Part shown: piece by piece, positions 34,140 to 49,488 of the stretch | Numbering within the stretch: position 1 is the first letter of the stretch | How the letters are laid out: each line of letters opens with the position of its first letter | NCBI RefSeq assembly: GCF_009914755.1 | Contig: NC_060937.1 | Reading direction: 5' to 3' (one strand) | DNA from: the human T2T-CHM13v2.0 reference genome, Homo sapiens | Length of the DNA: 64,000 bases | The notes under the pieces: model-generated | Database searches by the model: none | Seen by the model: the letters and a program-made list of their open reading frames with translations, nothing else | Told to the model about the DNA's origin: nothing | Translations under genes and position numbers: made by a program

Positions 34140-35010
34140 TAGGAGGGGCCTGATCAGTGTGGGCCTGGTCAGTGGACCTAGGTCAGTGAGGACTATTTAG
34201 TGGGATCGTGGTCAGCAGAGGTCTGCTTAGAGAGGGTCTCATTAGTGGGGTCTAGTAGTGGGGGTTTTGCTGAGTGGGGACCTATTGGCTGCCAGTTGTT
34301 TGGTGTCTGGTCAGTGCAAACCTGGGCTGTGGGGCTTGATCAGTGGAGACCTGGTCAGCTGGGGCTCAGTGCTGGTCTGGTCAGCATGGGCTGGGGCACT
34401 GGTGACCAGGTCAAGGGGTGCTATTCAGTGGAGGACTGGGCACATGGGACCTAGTCAGCAGACCCTGGTGGGTGTGTCCTCATCAGTGAGGCCCTTGTCA
34501 GTGGGACCTAATCCATATCGTCCTGGTCAGAGAGGACTTGGTCAGTGGTGACTTTTGTAGCACTGGTCTACAGGGTGACCTGGTCAGCAGGGATCTCAGC
34601 ATTTGGTGCTGGTTCAGTGGGGTCTACTCACTAGGGTCCCAGTCAGGGGCATCTGGTGACCTTAGGCCTGGTTATTAGGGACCTGATCAGTGACAACCTG
34701 TTCCCTGGAGGCCTGGTCAGTGGGGCCTCATCTTTGGGGCCAGGGAATGAGGTCATGATCAGTGGAACCTGATCAGTGAGGCCTTATCAATAATCACCTA
34801 GTCAGTGAGGACTTGTCAGTAAGGACTTGGTCCGTGAGGCCTTGTCAGTGAGGCCTTGTCAGTAAGGTCCTGGTCAGTGGAGTCCTTGTCATTGTGTGCC
34901 TGGCAGTGGGGGCCTTGTTAGTGGGGCCTGGTCATGAGGGTCTAATCAGTGAGGGTGTCATCAGGGAGGACCTGATGTGCGGGGTCTGGTCAGCAGGGAC
35001 CTGGTCAATG
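34140..35010. repeat. Degenerate CCTGGTCAGTGGGG tandem repeat, copy 3
   Basis: Starts ggttaggaggggcctgatcagtgtgggcctg, as at ~19520. Confidence 0.8.
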
Positions 35011-35354
35011 TGGGCTGCTGAGCACTGCTTGGATAAGCCAGGTGCAATGTGCATTATTGAAGGCCCTGTGGACAGCTGGGATAGCCCAGTGATGCCCAAG
35101 GGCCTAGTCAAAAGTGGACAAAGCACGTGTTTGGATGGACTTGGGAGATCCTGCTCAGAGATTCTGACAGGACAAAGGTAAAGGAAAGACCAGAGTGGCT
35201 GGAGAGATGGTCACAGTCTGTGGGCTGCACAGGATGGAGGAGGCCAGGGAACAGGCAGGGTGGGCAGTTGGGGTTCAGAGAGAGGCAGGTGCATGCTGGG
35301 AGGTCAGACCCTGTGAGGGCTTTGGGGGCGTCAGGTTGGGTAGGCTCCAGGCAC

Positions 35355-38300
35355 TCTCACTCACATAGGATTCCAGAACACTGCTACAAGGATCTGAGTG
35401 TTTGTCCCTCACATAGGATTCCAGAACACTGCTGCCATTGTCTGAATGTTTGTCCCCCACATAGGATTCCAGAACACTGCTGCGAGAGTCTGAATGTATG
35501 TCCCTCACATATGATTCTAGAACATTGATGCTAGGGTCTGTATGTTTGCCCTTAACATATGATTTCAAAACACTGCTCCTGGATTCTGAATGTTTGTCCT
35601 TCACATAGGAATACAGAATACTGCTGCTGGAGTCTGAATGTTTGTCACTCACATAGAATTCCAGAACACTGCTGCGAGGATCTGAATGTTTGACCCTCAC
35701 ATGGGATTCCAGAACACTGCTGCTAGGGTCTAAATGTCTGTCCCTCACATAGGTTTCCAGCACAATGTTATGAGGTTCTGAATGTTTGTCCCTAACATAG
35801 GATTCCAGAGCACTCCTGCTGTGCTCTGAATGCTTCTCCCTCACATAGGATTCCAGAACACTGCTACGAGGGTCTGAATGCTTATCCCTCATATAGGATT
35901 CCAGAACACTCCTGCTGTGGTCTGAATGTTTGTTCCTCACATAAGATTCCAGAACACTCCTGCCATGGTCTGAATATTTGTCCCTCACATAGGATTCCAG
36001 AACATTCATGCTGGGGTCTCAATGTTTCCCTTAACATAGGATTTCAGAACACTGCTCTTGGGGTCTGAATGTTTGTCCCTCACACAGAATTCTGGAACAC
36101 TGCTACAAGGGTCTGAATGTTTGTCCTTCACATACCATTCTAGAACACTGCTGCCGTGGTCTGAATATGTCCCTCACATAGGATTCCAGAACACTGCTAC
36201 TAGGTTCTGAATGTTTTTCCCACACCTAGGATTCCAGAACACTTCTGCTGGTGTCTGAATGGTTGTCCCTCACATATGATTCCAGGACACTGCTACGAGA
36301 GTCTTAATGTTTGTCCTTCACATAGGATTCCAGAACACTGCTCCCGTGGTCTGAATGTTTGCCCCTCACATGGGATTCCAGAACACTGCTGCGAGGGTCT
36401 AAATGTCTCTCCCTCACATAAGATTCCAGGACACTGCTACGAGGTTCTGAATGTTTGTCCCTCACATAGGATTCCAGAGCACTCCTGCTGTGTTCTGAAT
36501 ATTTGTCCCTCACATAGGATTCCAGAACACTGCTAAGAGGGTCTGAATGTTTGTCCCTCACATAGGACTCCAGAACACTGCTAAGAGGGTCTGAATGTTT
36601 GTCCCTCACATAGTATTCCAGAACACTCTTGCTTTGGTCTAAATGTTTGTTCCTCACATAGGATTCGAGAACACTCCTGCTGTGGTCTGAATGTTTGTCC
36701 CTTACCTAGGATTCGAGAACATTCACACTGGGATGTAAATGCTTGCCCTGAACATAGGATTTCAGAACACTGCTCCTGGGGTCTGAAAGTTTGTCCCTCA
36801 CATAGGATTCCAGAACTCTCCTGCCGTGGTCTGAAAGTTTGTACCACACATAGGATTCCAGAACACTGCTGCTGTGGTCGGAATGTTTGTCACATAGATT
36901 TCCAGAACACTGCGGCTGGGTTCTGAATGTTTGTCCCTCACATAGGATTTCAGAACACTGCTACGAGGGTCTGATTGTTGGTCCCTCACATAGGATTCCT
37001 GAACACTGCTGCTGGGCTCTGAATGTTTGTCCCTCACATTGGATTGCAGAACACTACTGCTATGGCCTGAAAGTTTGTCCGTCACATAGGATTCCAGAAA
37101 GCTCCTGCTGTGGTCTGAATGTTTCTCTGTCACATAGGATTCCAGAACACTGCGGCTGGGGTCTGAATGTCCCTGACATAGGATTCCAGAACATTGCTAT
37201 GAGGGTCTGAATGGTTGCCTTTCACATAACATTCCAGAACACTGCTACGAGGGTCTGAATGTTGGTCCCTCACACAGGATTCCAGAACCCTCCTGCTGGG
37301 GTCTGAAAGTTTGTCCCTCCCAAAGGATTCCAGAACACTGCTATGAGGGTCTGAATATTTGTCCCTCACATAGGATTCCAGAACACTCCTGCTGTGGTCT
37401 GAATGGTTGTCCCTCACATAGGATTCCAGAACACTTCTGCTGTGGTACGAATGTTTGTGTCTCACGTAGGATTCAAGAACACTGCTACGAGGGTCTCAAT
37501 GTTTGTCCCTCACATAAGATTCCAGAACACTGCTGCTGGGGTCTGAATGCTTGTCCCTCACATATGATTACAGAACACTATTGCTGGGGTGTGAATGTTT
37601 GTCCCTCACATAGGATTCCAGACCACTGCTACTGGGGTCTCAATATCTGTCCCTCAAAAAGGATTCCAGAACACTGCTACGATGGTCTGAATTTTTGTCC
37701 CTCACTTAAGACTGCAGAACACTGCTTCGAGGGTCTAAATGTCTGTCCTTCACATAGGACTCCAGAATACTGCTACGAGGGTCTGAAAGTTTGCCCCTCA
37801 CATAGGATTCCAGAAGACTGCTGCTGGGGTCTGAATGTCTGTCCCTCACATCGGATTCCAGAACACTGCTGCTGGGGTTTGAATGTCTGTCCCTCACATA
37901 GAATTCCAGAAGACTGCCGGGAGGGTCTGAATGTTTGTCCCTCACATAGGATTCCAGAACACTGCTACAAGGTTCTGAATGTTTGTCCCTCACATAGGAT
38001 TCCCGAGCACTCCTGCTGTGGTCTGAAAGTTTGTCCCTCACATAGGATTCCAGAACACTGCTACGAGGGTCTGAATGTTTGTCCTTCATATAGGATTCCA
38101 GAACACTCCTTCTGGGGTCTGAATGTTTGTCCCTCACATAGGATTGCAGAATACTCCTGCTATGGTCTTAATGCTTGTCCCTCACATAGGATTCCAGAAC
38201 ATTCATGTTGGGGTCTGAGTTTTAGCCCTTATCATAGGATTTCAGAACAGTGCTCTTGGGGTTTGAATGTTTCTCCTTCACATAGGATTTAAGAACACTC

Positions 38301-39300
38301 CTGCTGTGGTCTGAAAGTTTGTCCTTCACATAGGATTCCAGAACACTCCTGCTGTGGTTTGAATGCTTGTCCCTCACATAGGATTCCTGAGCACTGCTGC
38401 TGTGGTCTGAATGTTTTCCCCTCACATAGGATTCTAGAACACTGTTGCTGGGGTGTGAATGTTTGCCCCTAAAATAGGATTCCAGACCACTGCTGCTGGT
38501 TTCTCAATGTCTGTCCCTCAAAAAGGATTCCAGAATACTGCTACGAGGGTCTGAATGTTTGTCTCTCACTTAAGACTCCAGAACACTGTTTCGAGGGTCT
38601 AAATGTCTGTCCTTCACATAGGATTCCAGAACACTGTTAGGAGGGTCTCAATGTTTTCCCTTCACATAGCATTCCAGAACACTGCTATGAGGGTCTGAAT
38701 GTTTGCCCCTCACATAGGATTCCAGAACACTGCTGCTGGGGTCTGAACGTCTGTCCCTCACATAGGATTCTAGAACACTGCTGTTGGGGTTTGAATGTCT
38801 GTCCCTCACATAGAATTCCAGAACACTGCTGCGAGTGTCTGAATGTTTGTCCCGCAGATGGGATTCTAGAACACTGCTGCAAGGGTCTAAATGTCTGTCC
38901 CTGACATAACATTTCAGCACACTGCTATGAGGTTTTGAAATGTTTGTCCCTCACATAGGATTACAGAGCACTCCTGCTGTGGTCTGAATGTTTGTCCCTC
39001 ACATAGGATTCCAGAACACTGCTGCTGGGCTCTGAATGTTTGTCCCTCACATAGGATTCCAGAACACTGCTACGAGGTTCTGAATTTTTGTCCCTCATAT
39101 AGGATTCCAGAACACTGCTACAAGGTTTTGAAAGTTTGTCCCTCACATAGGATTCCACAACACTACTGCTGGGGTCTGAATGTTTGTCCCTCACATAGGA
39201 TTCTAGAACACTCCAGCTGGCTTCTGAGTGTTTGTCCCTCACATAGGATTCCTGAAGACTGCTGCTGTCGCTATAGTCATTGCGAGTGTCTGAATGTTTG
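35355..39300. repeat. CER (D22Z3-type) 48-bp centromeric satellite array, about 80 monomers
   Basis: Monomer ctcacataggattccagaacactgctgctggggtctgaatgtttgtcc repeated with 48-bp period (16-aa period in ORF track). Confidence 0.95.
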
Positions 39301-39437
39301 ACCTTCACCAAACACCAAATATCCTGGCCCTTTAGTCTTGAACTTTCCAGCCTCCAGCTCTGTGAGCAATAATCTCTGTTGTTTATGAATTACTCAGTCT
39401 AAAGTATTTTGTTATAGTAGCCTAAAGAGACTAAGAG
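39300..39437 (+). mobile_element. MaLR (MLT1/MST-like) LTR 3' fragment
   Basis: tcttgaactttccagcctccag..tgtgagcaataa..agtattttgttatagtagcctaaagagactaaga. Confidence 0.75.
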
Positions 39438-39519
39438 AGCATCACCTGCCCTGTCACCTCATCACCGCATTACTGAAGCTATACTAACAACAGTCACTTT
39501 TAGTGGGTGCTTCATGCAT

Positions 39520-41253
39520 GAGAATAAAGGGAAAAAATTGCAAGGCATACTAAAATCCAAAAAAAGAAAAAACTACAATTTGTGTCAACAGAGCAAGCTT
39601 CAGAAGCAGACAAAGATATGATTTTGGAATTTTTTTTACACCTCTGGAGACTATGCTAAGGACCTAACGAATGAAGTAGACAGCATTCAAGTGTAGATGG
39701 GTAATGTAATCAGAAAGACAGACATCGTAAGAACCTTCAACATAATGTAGTGATAAAAAATGTGGTAAATAACTGAAGAATACCTCTGATGGCTTATTAG
39801 TAGACTGGACTCAGCTGAGTAAAGAATCTCTGAGCTTGAGGATTTATCATCAGAAACTTCGAAAACTAAAGAAAAGAAACACTGAAAAGAACAGAAGATG
39901 ATATCCAAGACTGTGGGACAACTACAAAAGGTGAAACAGAGTAATGAGAATACCAGGAGGAGAAGAAATAGAAGAAAGTTCTGCAACAACCATGTCTGAG
40001 AACTTCCAGTGTTAATGTCAGACACCAAACCAAAGATCCAGGAAGCTCTGAGAACACCAGGCAGAATAAATGCCAACAACCTACACTTGGACATATAATT
40101 TTCAAACTATATGAAATAAAAGATAAAGGAAAACTCTGAAAGAAACCAGGAGTGGGGCAGAAAACACCTTACCTACAGAGACACAAAGATAAGAACTGCA
40201 TTCAACATTGCAGAAACTGTGAAAGCAAGACAGTGAAATGAAAAATTCAAAATGTTGACAGAAAAAAACCCACCAACCTAAGTTTCTGTACCCACTGAAA
40301 CCACCCTTCAAAAGTGAAGGAGAATTAAGGCCTTCCTCAGAAAAATAAAAATTCAAGAAACTTGTTGCCAGGAGACCTGTCTTGCAAGAAATGTTAAATG
40401 AAATTCTTTAGAGGGAAACAAAAGATATATAACTGAAACCTGGATCAACATTTTTTTAAAAAGAGCATTAAAGAAATAATTGTGGTACAATAAAAACCTA
40501 TGTATTTATTCTTAATTGATCTGACCAAGAAGTTCATAGACAATAACAAATACACACAGATAGATTATGTATGCTTATACACAAGTGAAATGAGTAACAC
40601 TAATACAAGGAATGGAATGGAAGGATGGGAGGGAGGAATTGTGGTACAATAAAAACATGTATTTATTCATAATTGATCTGACCAATAAGTTTGTAGATAA
40701 TAATAAATACACACAAATAGATTATGTATGCTTATACACAAGTGAAATAAGGAACAATAATACAAGGAATGGAATGGAAGGATGGGAGGGAGGAATCAGG
40801 TGTTTTCTTTGTTAAGCAGGTAGTCACCCGTTAAGTGGGATAGTGTTATTTGAAAGTGAACTTGAATTGGTTGTAAATGTTACTGAGGAATTAGGTGTTT
40901 TGTTAAGCAGGTAGTCTTATTTGTGGGATAGTGGGATAGTGTTATTTGAAAGTGGACTTGAATTTGTTGTAAATGTATATTGCAAATTCTGTGGCAACTA
41001 GTTAAAAAAAAAGTTTTAAAAAGAGAAGTACGTGCTAAGAAAGACAGGGAAAATGGAGTCATCTAAAATCATCAATGAAAACTGCAAAAGGCAGAAAAAG
41101 AGTGGTAGAAAAAAGAATGAAGACTGAGGAGAATGAATAGAAAACAGTAACAAATATAGTAGATATTAATCCAATGATATCAATAATCACTTTGAATGTT
41201 AATGGTATGAATGTACCAATTCAAAGATAGAGATTGTCAGAGTCTATCAAAAG
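39520..41253 (+). mobile_element. Ancient L1M ORF1/inter-ORF/ORF2-start fragment
   Basis: gatccaggaagctctgagaacaccaggcagaataaatgcc; aataatcactttgaatgttaatggt..aaagatagagattgtcagagt. Confidence 0.7.
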
Positions 41254-41971
41254 ACAGACACATCTTGTTTCACTGCACTTTGCTTTATTGTGTTTTGTGA
41301 CCATGTGTTTTACATATTGAAGGTTTGTGGCCACCCTGCAATAAGCAGGTCTCACTGGCACAATTGTTCCTACAGCACGTGCTCACTTCACGTCTCTGTG
41401 TCACATTTCAGTTATTCTCACAGTATTTTAAGCTTTTTATTATTGAATCTGTTGTGGTGATCTGTAAGGAGTGATCCTTAATGCTACTGTTGTCATTGTT
41501 TTGGGAACCACAAATCACACCAGGATAAGACAGCAAACAATTGACAAATGCGTTTGTTCTGACTGCCCCACCAATGGGACATTTCTCTTTCTCTCACTTT
41601 TTCTCAGGCTTCTTTTTATTAATATTAAAATGTGGCCAATTAATAACCCTACAATAGCCTCTATATGTTCAAGCGAAAGAAGAGTTGCATGTCTGTCACT
41701 TTAAACCAAAAGGAAGAAATAATTAAGCTCAGTGAGGAAGGCATGCTGTAAGCAAGACAGGTCAGTAGCTAGAACTCATGCAACAAACACTTAGCCAAGT
41801 TGTGAATGCAAAGGAAGTGTTCTGGAAAGAAATTTAAAGTACTACTCCAGTGAACACATGAATGATAAAAAGCTAAACAATCATGCTGCTGTTATGAAGA
41901 AAGTTTAATTGGTCTAGATAGAAGATAAAAAAAAACAGAAAACATTCCATTAAGCCCAAGCCTAACTCTCT

Positions 41972-42281
<310 letters not shown>

Positions 42282-43134
42282 TCTCTTCAATTCTATGAAG
42301 ACTTAGGTGAGGCAGCTGCAGAAGAAAAGTCTGAAGCTAGAAGAGCTTGTTTCTTGAGGTTTAAGGAAAAAAGTCATCTCCATAACATAAAAGCACGAGA
42401 TAAAGCAGCAAGTACTGATGGAAAAGCTGCAGAAAGCTATCTAGAAGGTAACTGATTAAGATGGCTACACTAAACAGATTTGCAATGGAGACAAAACAGC
42501 CCTCTACTAGAAGGAGATGCCATCCAGGATGTTCCCAGCTAGAGTGGAGTTGATGCCTGGATTTAAGGCTTCAAAGGACACGCTGACTCTTTTGTTAAGG
42601 CCTAATGCAGTTGGTGATGTTAACTTGAAACCAATGATGATTTACTATTCTGAAAATCCAAGGGCCCTGAAGAATTATGATAAAACACAGCTCTGCCTAT
42701 ACTCTACAAATGGGAACAAAGCCTGGATGACAGACTATCGGTTTACAAATATGGTTTACTGAATATCTTAAGCCCACTGTTGACACCTACTGCTCAAGAA
42801 ATAAGATTCCTTTCAAAGTATTACCACTCACTGACAATGTCCCTGGACTCAAGGGCTTTTACAGAGATGTATAAAGAGCTGAATATTATTTTCATGCCTA
42901 CTAACCCAACATTCATTCTGGTGCCCTTGGATCAAAGAATAATTTCAACTTTCAAGTCTTATCACTTAAAAAATATATTTCATAAAGCTATAACTTCTCT
43001 AGAAAGTGATTCCTTTGATGGATATGGGCAAAATAATTGAAAACCTACTGGAAAGGATTCACCATTCTAGATGCCATTGAGAACATTCATGATTTAAAAA
43101 AGAAGATCAAAATAGAAACATTAGGAGAAGTTGG

Positions 43135-43438
<304 letters not shown>

Positions 43439-44020
43439 AAGTTGGGAAGATTATTCCAACCCTCACAGATGACACAGGGGTTCACGACTTCTGTGGAGGA
43501 AGTAACTGCAGATATGGTGGAAATAACAAGAGCACTAGAATCAGAGACAGAGCCTGAATATCTGGCGAGACTGCAGCAGCCTCCAGAGAAAACGTGAGTG
43601 GATGAGTTGCTTCCATGGATGAGCAAAGAAAGTGGTTTCTTGAGATGAAATCTAATCGTGGTGAAGACAGTGTAAACAATGTTGAGATGACAACAGATTT
43701 AGAATAAACTTAGTTGGTACAGCAGAAGGAGGGCTTGACAGAATTGAACCCAACGATTTACAATAATACATAAACTTAGTTGGTACAGCAGTACGAAGGT
43801 TTGACAGCATTGAATCCAACTTTGAAAGTTCTACTGTGGGTAAAAAGCTATCAAACAACATCGTATGCTACAGATAATTCTTTTGTGAAAGGGAGAGTCA
43901 ATTGACACAGCAAACTTCAATGGTGTCTTATTTTAAGAAATAGCCACAGCCACCCCAACGCTCAGCAACCACCACCTTACATTAAGGCAAGACCCTCCAT
44001 CAGCAAGAAGACTGAAACTT

Positions 44021-44283
44021 GGCCAGGTGCAGTGGCTCACACCTGTCATCCCAACACCTTGGGAGGCCAAGGTGGGTGGATTGCTTGAGCCCAGAACATC
44101 AAAGCAACATGGCAAAACCCCATCTCTACAAAAAAAAAAATACAAAAATTAGCTGGACATGGTTGCATGCACCTGTAGTCCCAGCTAGTCAGGAGTCTGA
44201 GGTGGGGGTTTGATTGAGCATGAGGTTGAGGCTGCAATTACTCCAGCCTGAGCCACAGAGTAAAACCCTGTCACACACACACA
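44021..44283 (+). mobile_element. Alu (AluJ-like)
   Basis: ggccaggtgcagtggctcac..ggattgcttgagcccag. Confidence 0.85.
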
Positions 44284-44573
44284 AAAAGATTGCAGCTTTC
44301 TGAAGGCTCAGATGACTGTTAGCACATGTTAACAATAAAGTATTTGTAAATTAAAGTGTGCACACTTTGTAGACATATGCTATTGCACACTTTATACAGC
44401 ACAATATAAACATACTTTTACATGCACTTGGAAACCAAAAGAGATTGTATAACTCACTTTATTGTAGTGGTCTGGAACCGAACCCAGATATATCTCTGAT
44501 GCATGGCCATCCTGTATTGTACACTTAAAAAAAAAACTTAAGAGGGTATATTTTAGGTGAAATGGTCATCTCA

Positions 44574-44863
44574 TTTTTTTTTTGAGACAGATTCTCACTC
44601 TGTTGCCCAGGCTGGAGTGCAGTGGCACGATCTAGGCTCACTGCAAGCTCTGCCTCCCGAGTTCACACCATTATCCTGCCTCTGTCTCCCGAGTAGCTGG
44701 GACTACAGGTGCCCGCCATCATGCCCGGCTAATTTTCTGTATTTTTAGTAGAAACGGGGTTTCACTGTGTTAGCCAGGATGGTCTTGATCTCCTGACCTC
44801 GTGATCCACCTGCCTTGGCCTCCCAAAGTGCTGGGATTACAGGCGTGAGCCACCACTCCCGGT
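44574..44863 (-). mobile_element. Alu (AluY/Sc-like), TSD ~tctcattttt
   Basis: ctgcaagctctgcctccc..ccaggatggtcttgatctcctgacctcgtgatcc. Confidence 0.9.
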
Positions 44864-44989
44864 CTCATTTTTTAAAAAAGGTGAGAATGAGAAATATATG
44901 GGGAGTGATGGTCAAGTTTACGGCATTATTTGTTGTGATGAGACCTGGGGCGAATACTTATCTCTATACTCATTAAGATGTATATATTC

Positions 44990-45975
<986 letters not shown>

Positions 45976-46089
45976 TAAAAATTAATAAAAAACAGGTATT
46001 TGCAAGTTTCCGTTTTGTTATATGCTTATTATTCTTTATCTTTATTTCAGGTTCCTGTGTCAATACACTTAGGAGATCATAGTTTCTAA

Positions 46090-46447
<358 letters not shown>

Positions 46448-47778
46448 TAAAATTTACATTTCTGAGTTAAGAATGCTTAAAATATTATAAAAACAGAAGC
46501 ACAATTCATTATGGGTTTCATTAATTACCTTTATTAAAAACAACACAATTATATTGCAATAGGACAAAAAATGTTTAAGCAAATGAAAACCATGACATAC
46601 CCAAACTCAGGAGGAGGCAACAAAGACAGTGCTAAAGGGAAGCTTACAGCTGCAGATGCTTAAATTAAAAATAAGAAAGATCTCAAACCCATGCTAAAGG
46701 GAAGCTTATAGCTGCAGGTGCTTAAATTAAAAAGAAGAAAGATCTCAAATCAATAACCTAACATTACACCTGAAGGGGGGGAAAAAAAAAAAACTAATGA
46801 CAAACCAAGCAAAAGGAAGAAAATAACAGATTAGAGCAGAGATAAGCAGAATAAGACCAGAAAAAAAGGAAAAAAAACACTGAGTTTGTTTTTTTAAAGA
46901 TCAATAAAAATTTTAAAACTCACAGCTATATTAAGAAAAAAAGAGAAATCTCAAATGCTAAAATCTTAAATAAAAGAGGTGACAGTACAACAGATGTCAC
47001 AAAAATGAAAAAGATTACAAGAGACTAATGTGAGCAACCATATGCCACAAAACTGGGCAACCTAGAATAAATTTATAAATTCCTAGAAACACAAACCTCC
47101 ATACTGCATCAGGGAGAAATAAAAAATCCAAAGAGACCTGTAACTAGTAAGAAGATTCAACCAGTAATCAAAAACCCCCCAAAAAAGAAAATTCCAGGTC
47201 CAGATAACTTCACTGGAAAAATTTACCAAACATTTCAAGAAGAATTAATGCCAATCCTCTGCAAAATATTCCAAAAATGTTCAAAAACCAGAAGGGGACA
47301 TTCCAATCCATTCTATCAGGTCAACGTTTATCTGGTTCCAGAGCCAGATGAACACCTTTTGTAATAAAAACACTCAAAGAATTAGTAATATATGGAAACT
47401 CCTCAATAAATAAAGATTATACATGAAAGGCTCACAGCTAACATCATACTCAATGGTGAAAAACTAAAATATTTTCCTCTAGGATCAGGAATAAGATAGC
47501 AACATCTCTTCCTGCCACTTCTATTCATCACAGTACTGGAATTTCTACTCAGAATAATTAGGCAAGAGAAAGTAATAAAAAGGATGCAAATTGGAAAGGA
47601 AAAAGTACAAAATTTTGTTCACAGACAACAGGATGTAATGTGTAAAAATCCTGAAATTCCACAAAATACTGGTAGAATAATGAAATTCAACAAAGTTTCA
47701 GGATACAGTAACACACACAAGTCAGTTGCATTTCTATAAACTAACAATGAACAATCTGCAAATAAAATTTTAAAAAGA

Positions 47779-48544
<766 letters not shown>

Positions 48545-49273
48545 CTACAAAACACTGTTAAAAGAAATTAAACACAAATAAATGAAAAGAAAAGCTGGGT
48601 TTACAGATTAAATGATTTCATCTTGGAATGATGTCAACACTACTCGAAGTGACCTAGATTCAATACAATCCTTATAAAGATTCCAATGACATTTTTGATA
48701 AACAGAAAATCCTATCCTAAAATTCATATGGAATCTATGGGGCCCATGAATAGGCAAATAAATCTTAAAACAGAACAAAATTAAAGGTCTCAAAACAATT
48801 ACAAAACTGCAATAAGCCAAAAAAAAATATGTGGTCATGGCAAAAAGACACTCTTGACACACTTATGGACCAACACAACGGAGACCTCAGAAACCAACCA
48901 TGGCATATATGGTCCAATGATCTCCCACAAGGATGCCAAGACCACTCAATGGCGAAGGACACTTTCTTCAACAAATGGTGTTGGGAAAATTGTATATCTA
49001 CATGCAAAACAATGAAGTTGGACTCTTACCTTACACCATGTTAAAATTAATTCAAAGTGAATTATAAACCTAAATGTAAAACTAGAACTATCAAACTCCT
49101 AGGGAAAACAAATTTGGAAAATGCCTTATGACGTTGAATTTGTCAATAATTTTTAGGATATGACATTAAAATCTCAGGCAGTAAAAGCAAAAATATATCA
49201 AACCTAAAAACTTCTGTTCCTCAAAGGTCACAACCAACAGGGTAAAAGGCAAACTGTAGAATAAAAGAAAATA

Positions 49274-49488
49274 CCAGTTCAGTGTCCCTTATTTGAAATG
49301 CTTGGGATGTGTTTCAGATTTTGTAATATTTGCATTATTCTTACTGGTTGAACATCTCGAATTCAAACACCCGAGTCTGAGATGCTCCAATAAGCATTTC
49401 CTTTGAGTGTCATGTTGGCACTCAAAAAGTTTCAGACTTTGGAGCATTTGGGATTTCAGATTTTTGGATCAGAGACATTCAACCTATA
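49274..49488. mobile_element. Tigger4a/MER46A-like non-autonomous DNA transposon
   Basis: atgctccaataagcatttcctttgagtgtcatgttggcactcaaaaagtttcagactttggagcattt. Confidence 0.8.

Noticed and set aside
35355-39300. CRISPR-like look (conserved cataggattccagaacact core with variable flanks)
   Set aside because: The intervening parts are homologous to each other, not unique spacers; primate DNA with no cas genes
35275-39311. Long Cys/His-rich repeat ORFs (37564..38292 +, 242 aa; 35275..36009 -, 244 aa) resembling zinc-finger or repeat proteins
   Set aside because: Artefact of a 48-bp monomer divisible by 3, open on both strands, with scattered stops and frameshifts and no C2H2 spacing
42517-43040. 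Domesticated TIGD1-like transposase gene
   Set aside because: Fragmented by frameshifts and Alu insertions; ordinary Tigger1 fossil
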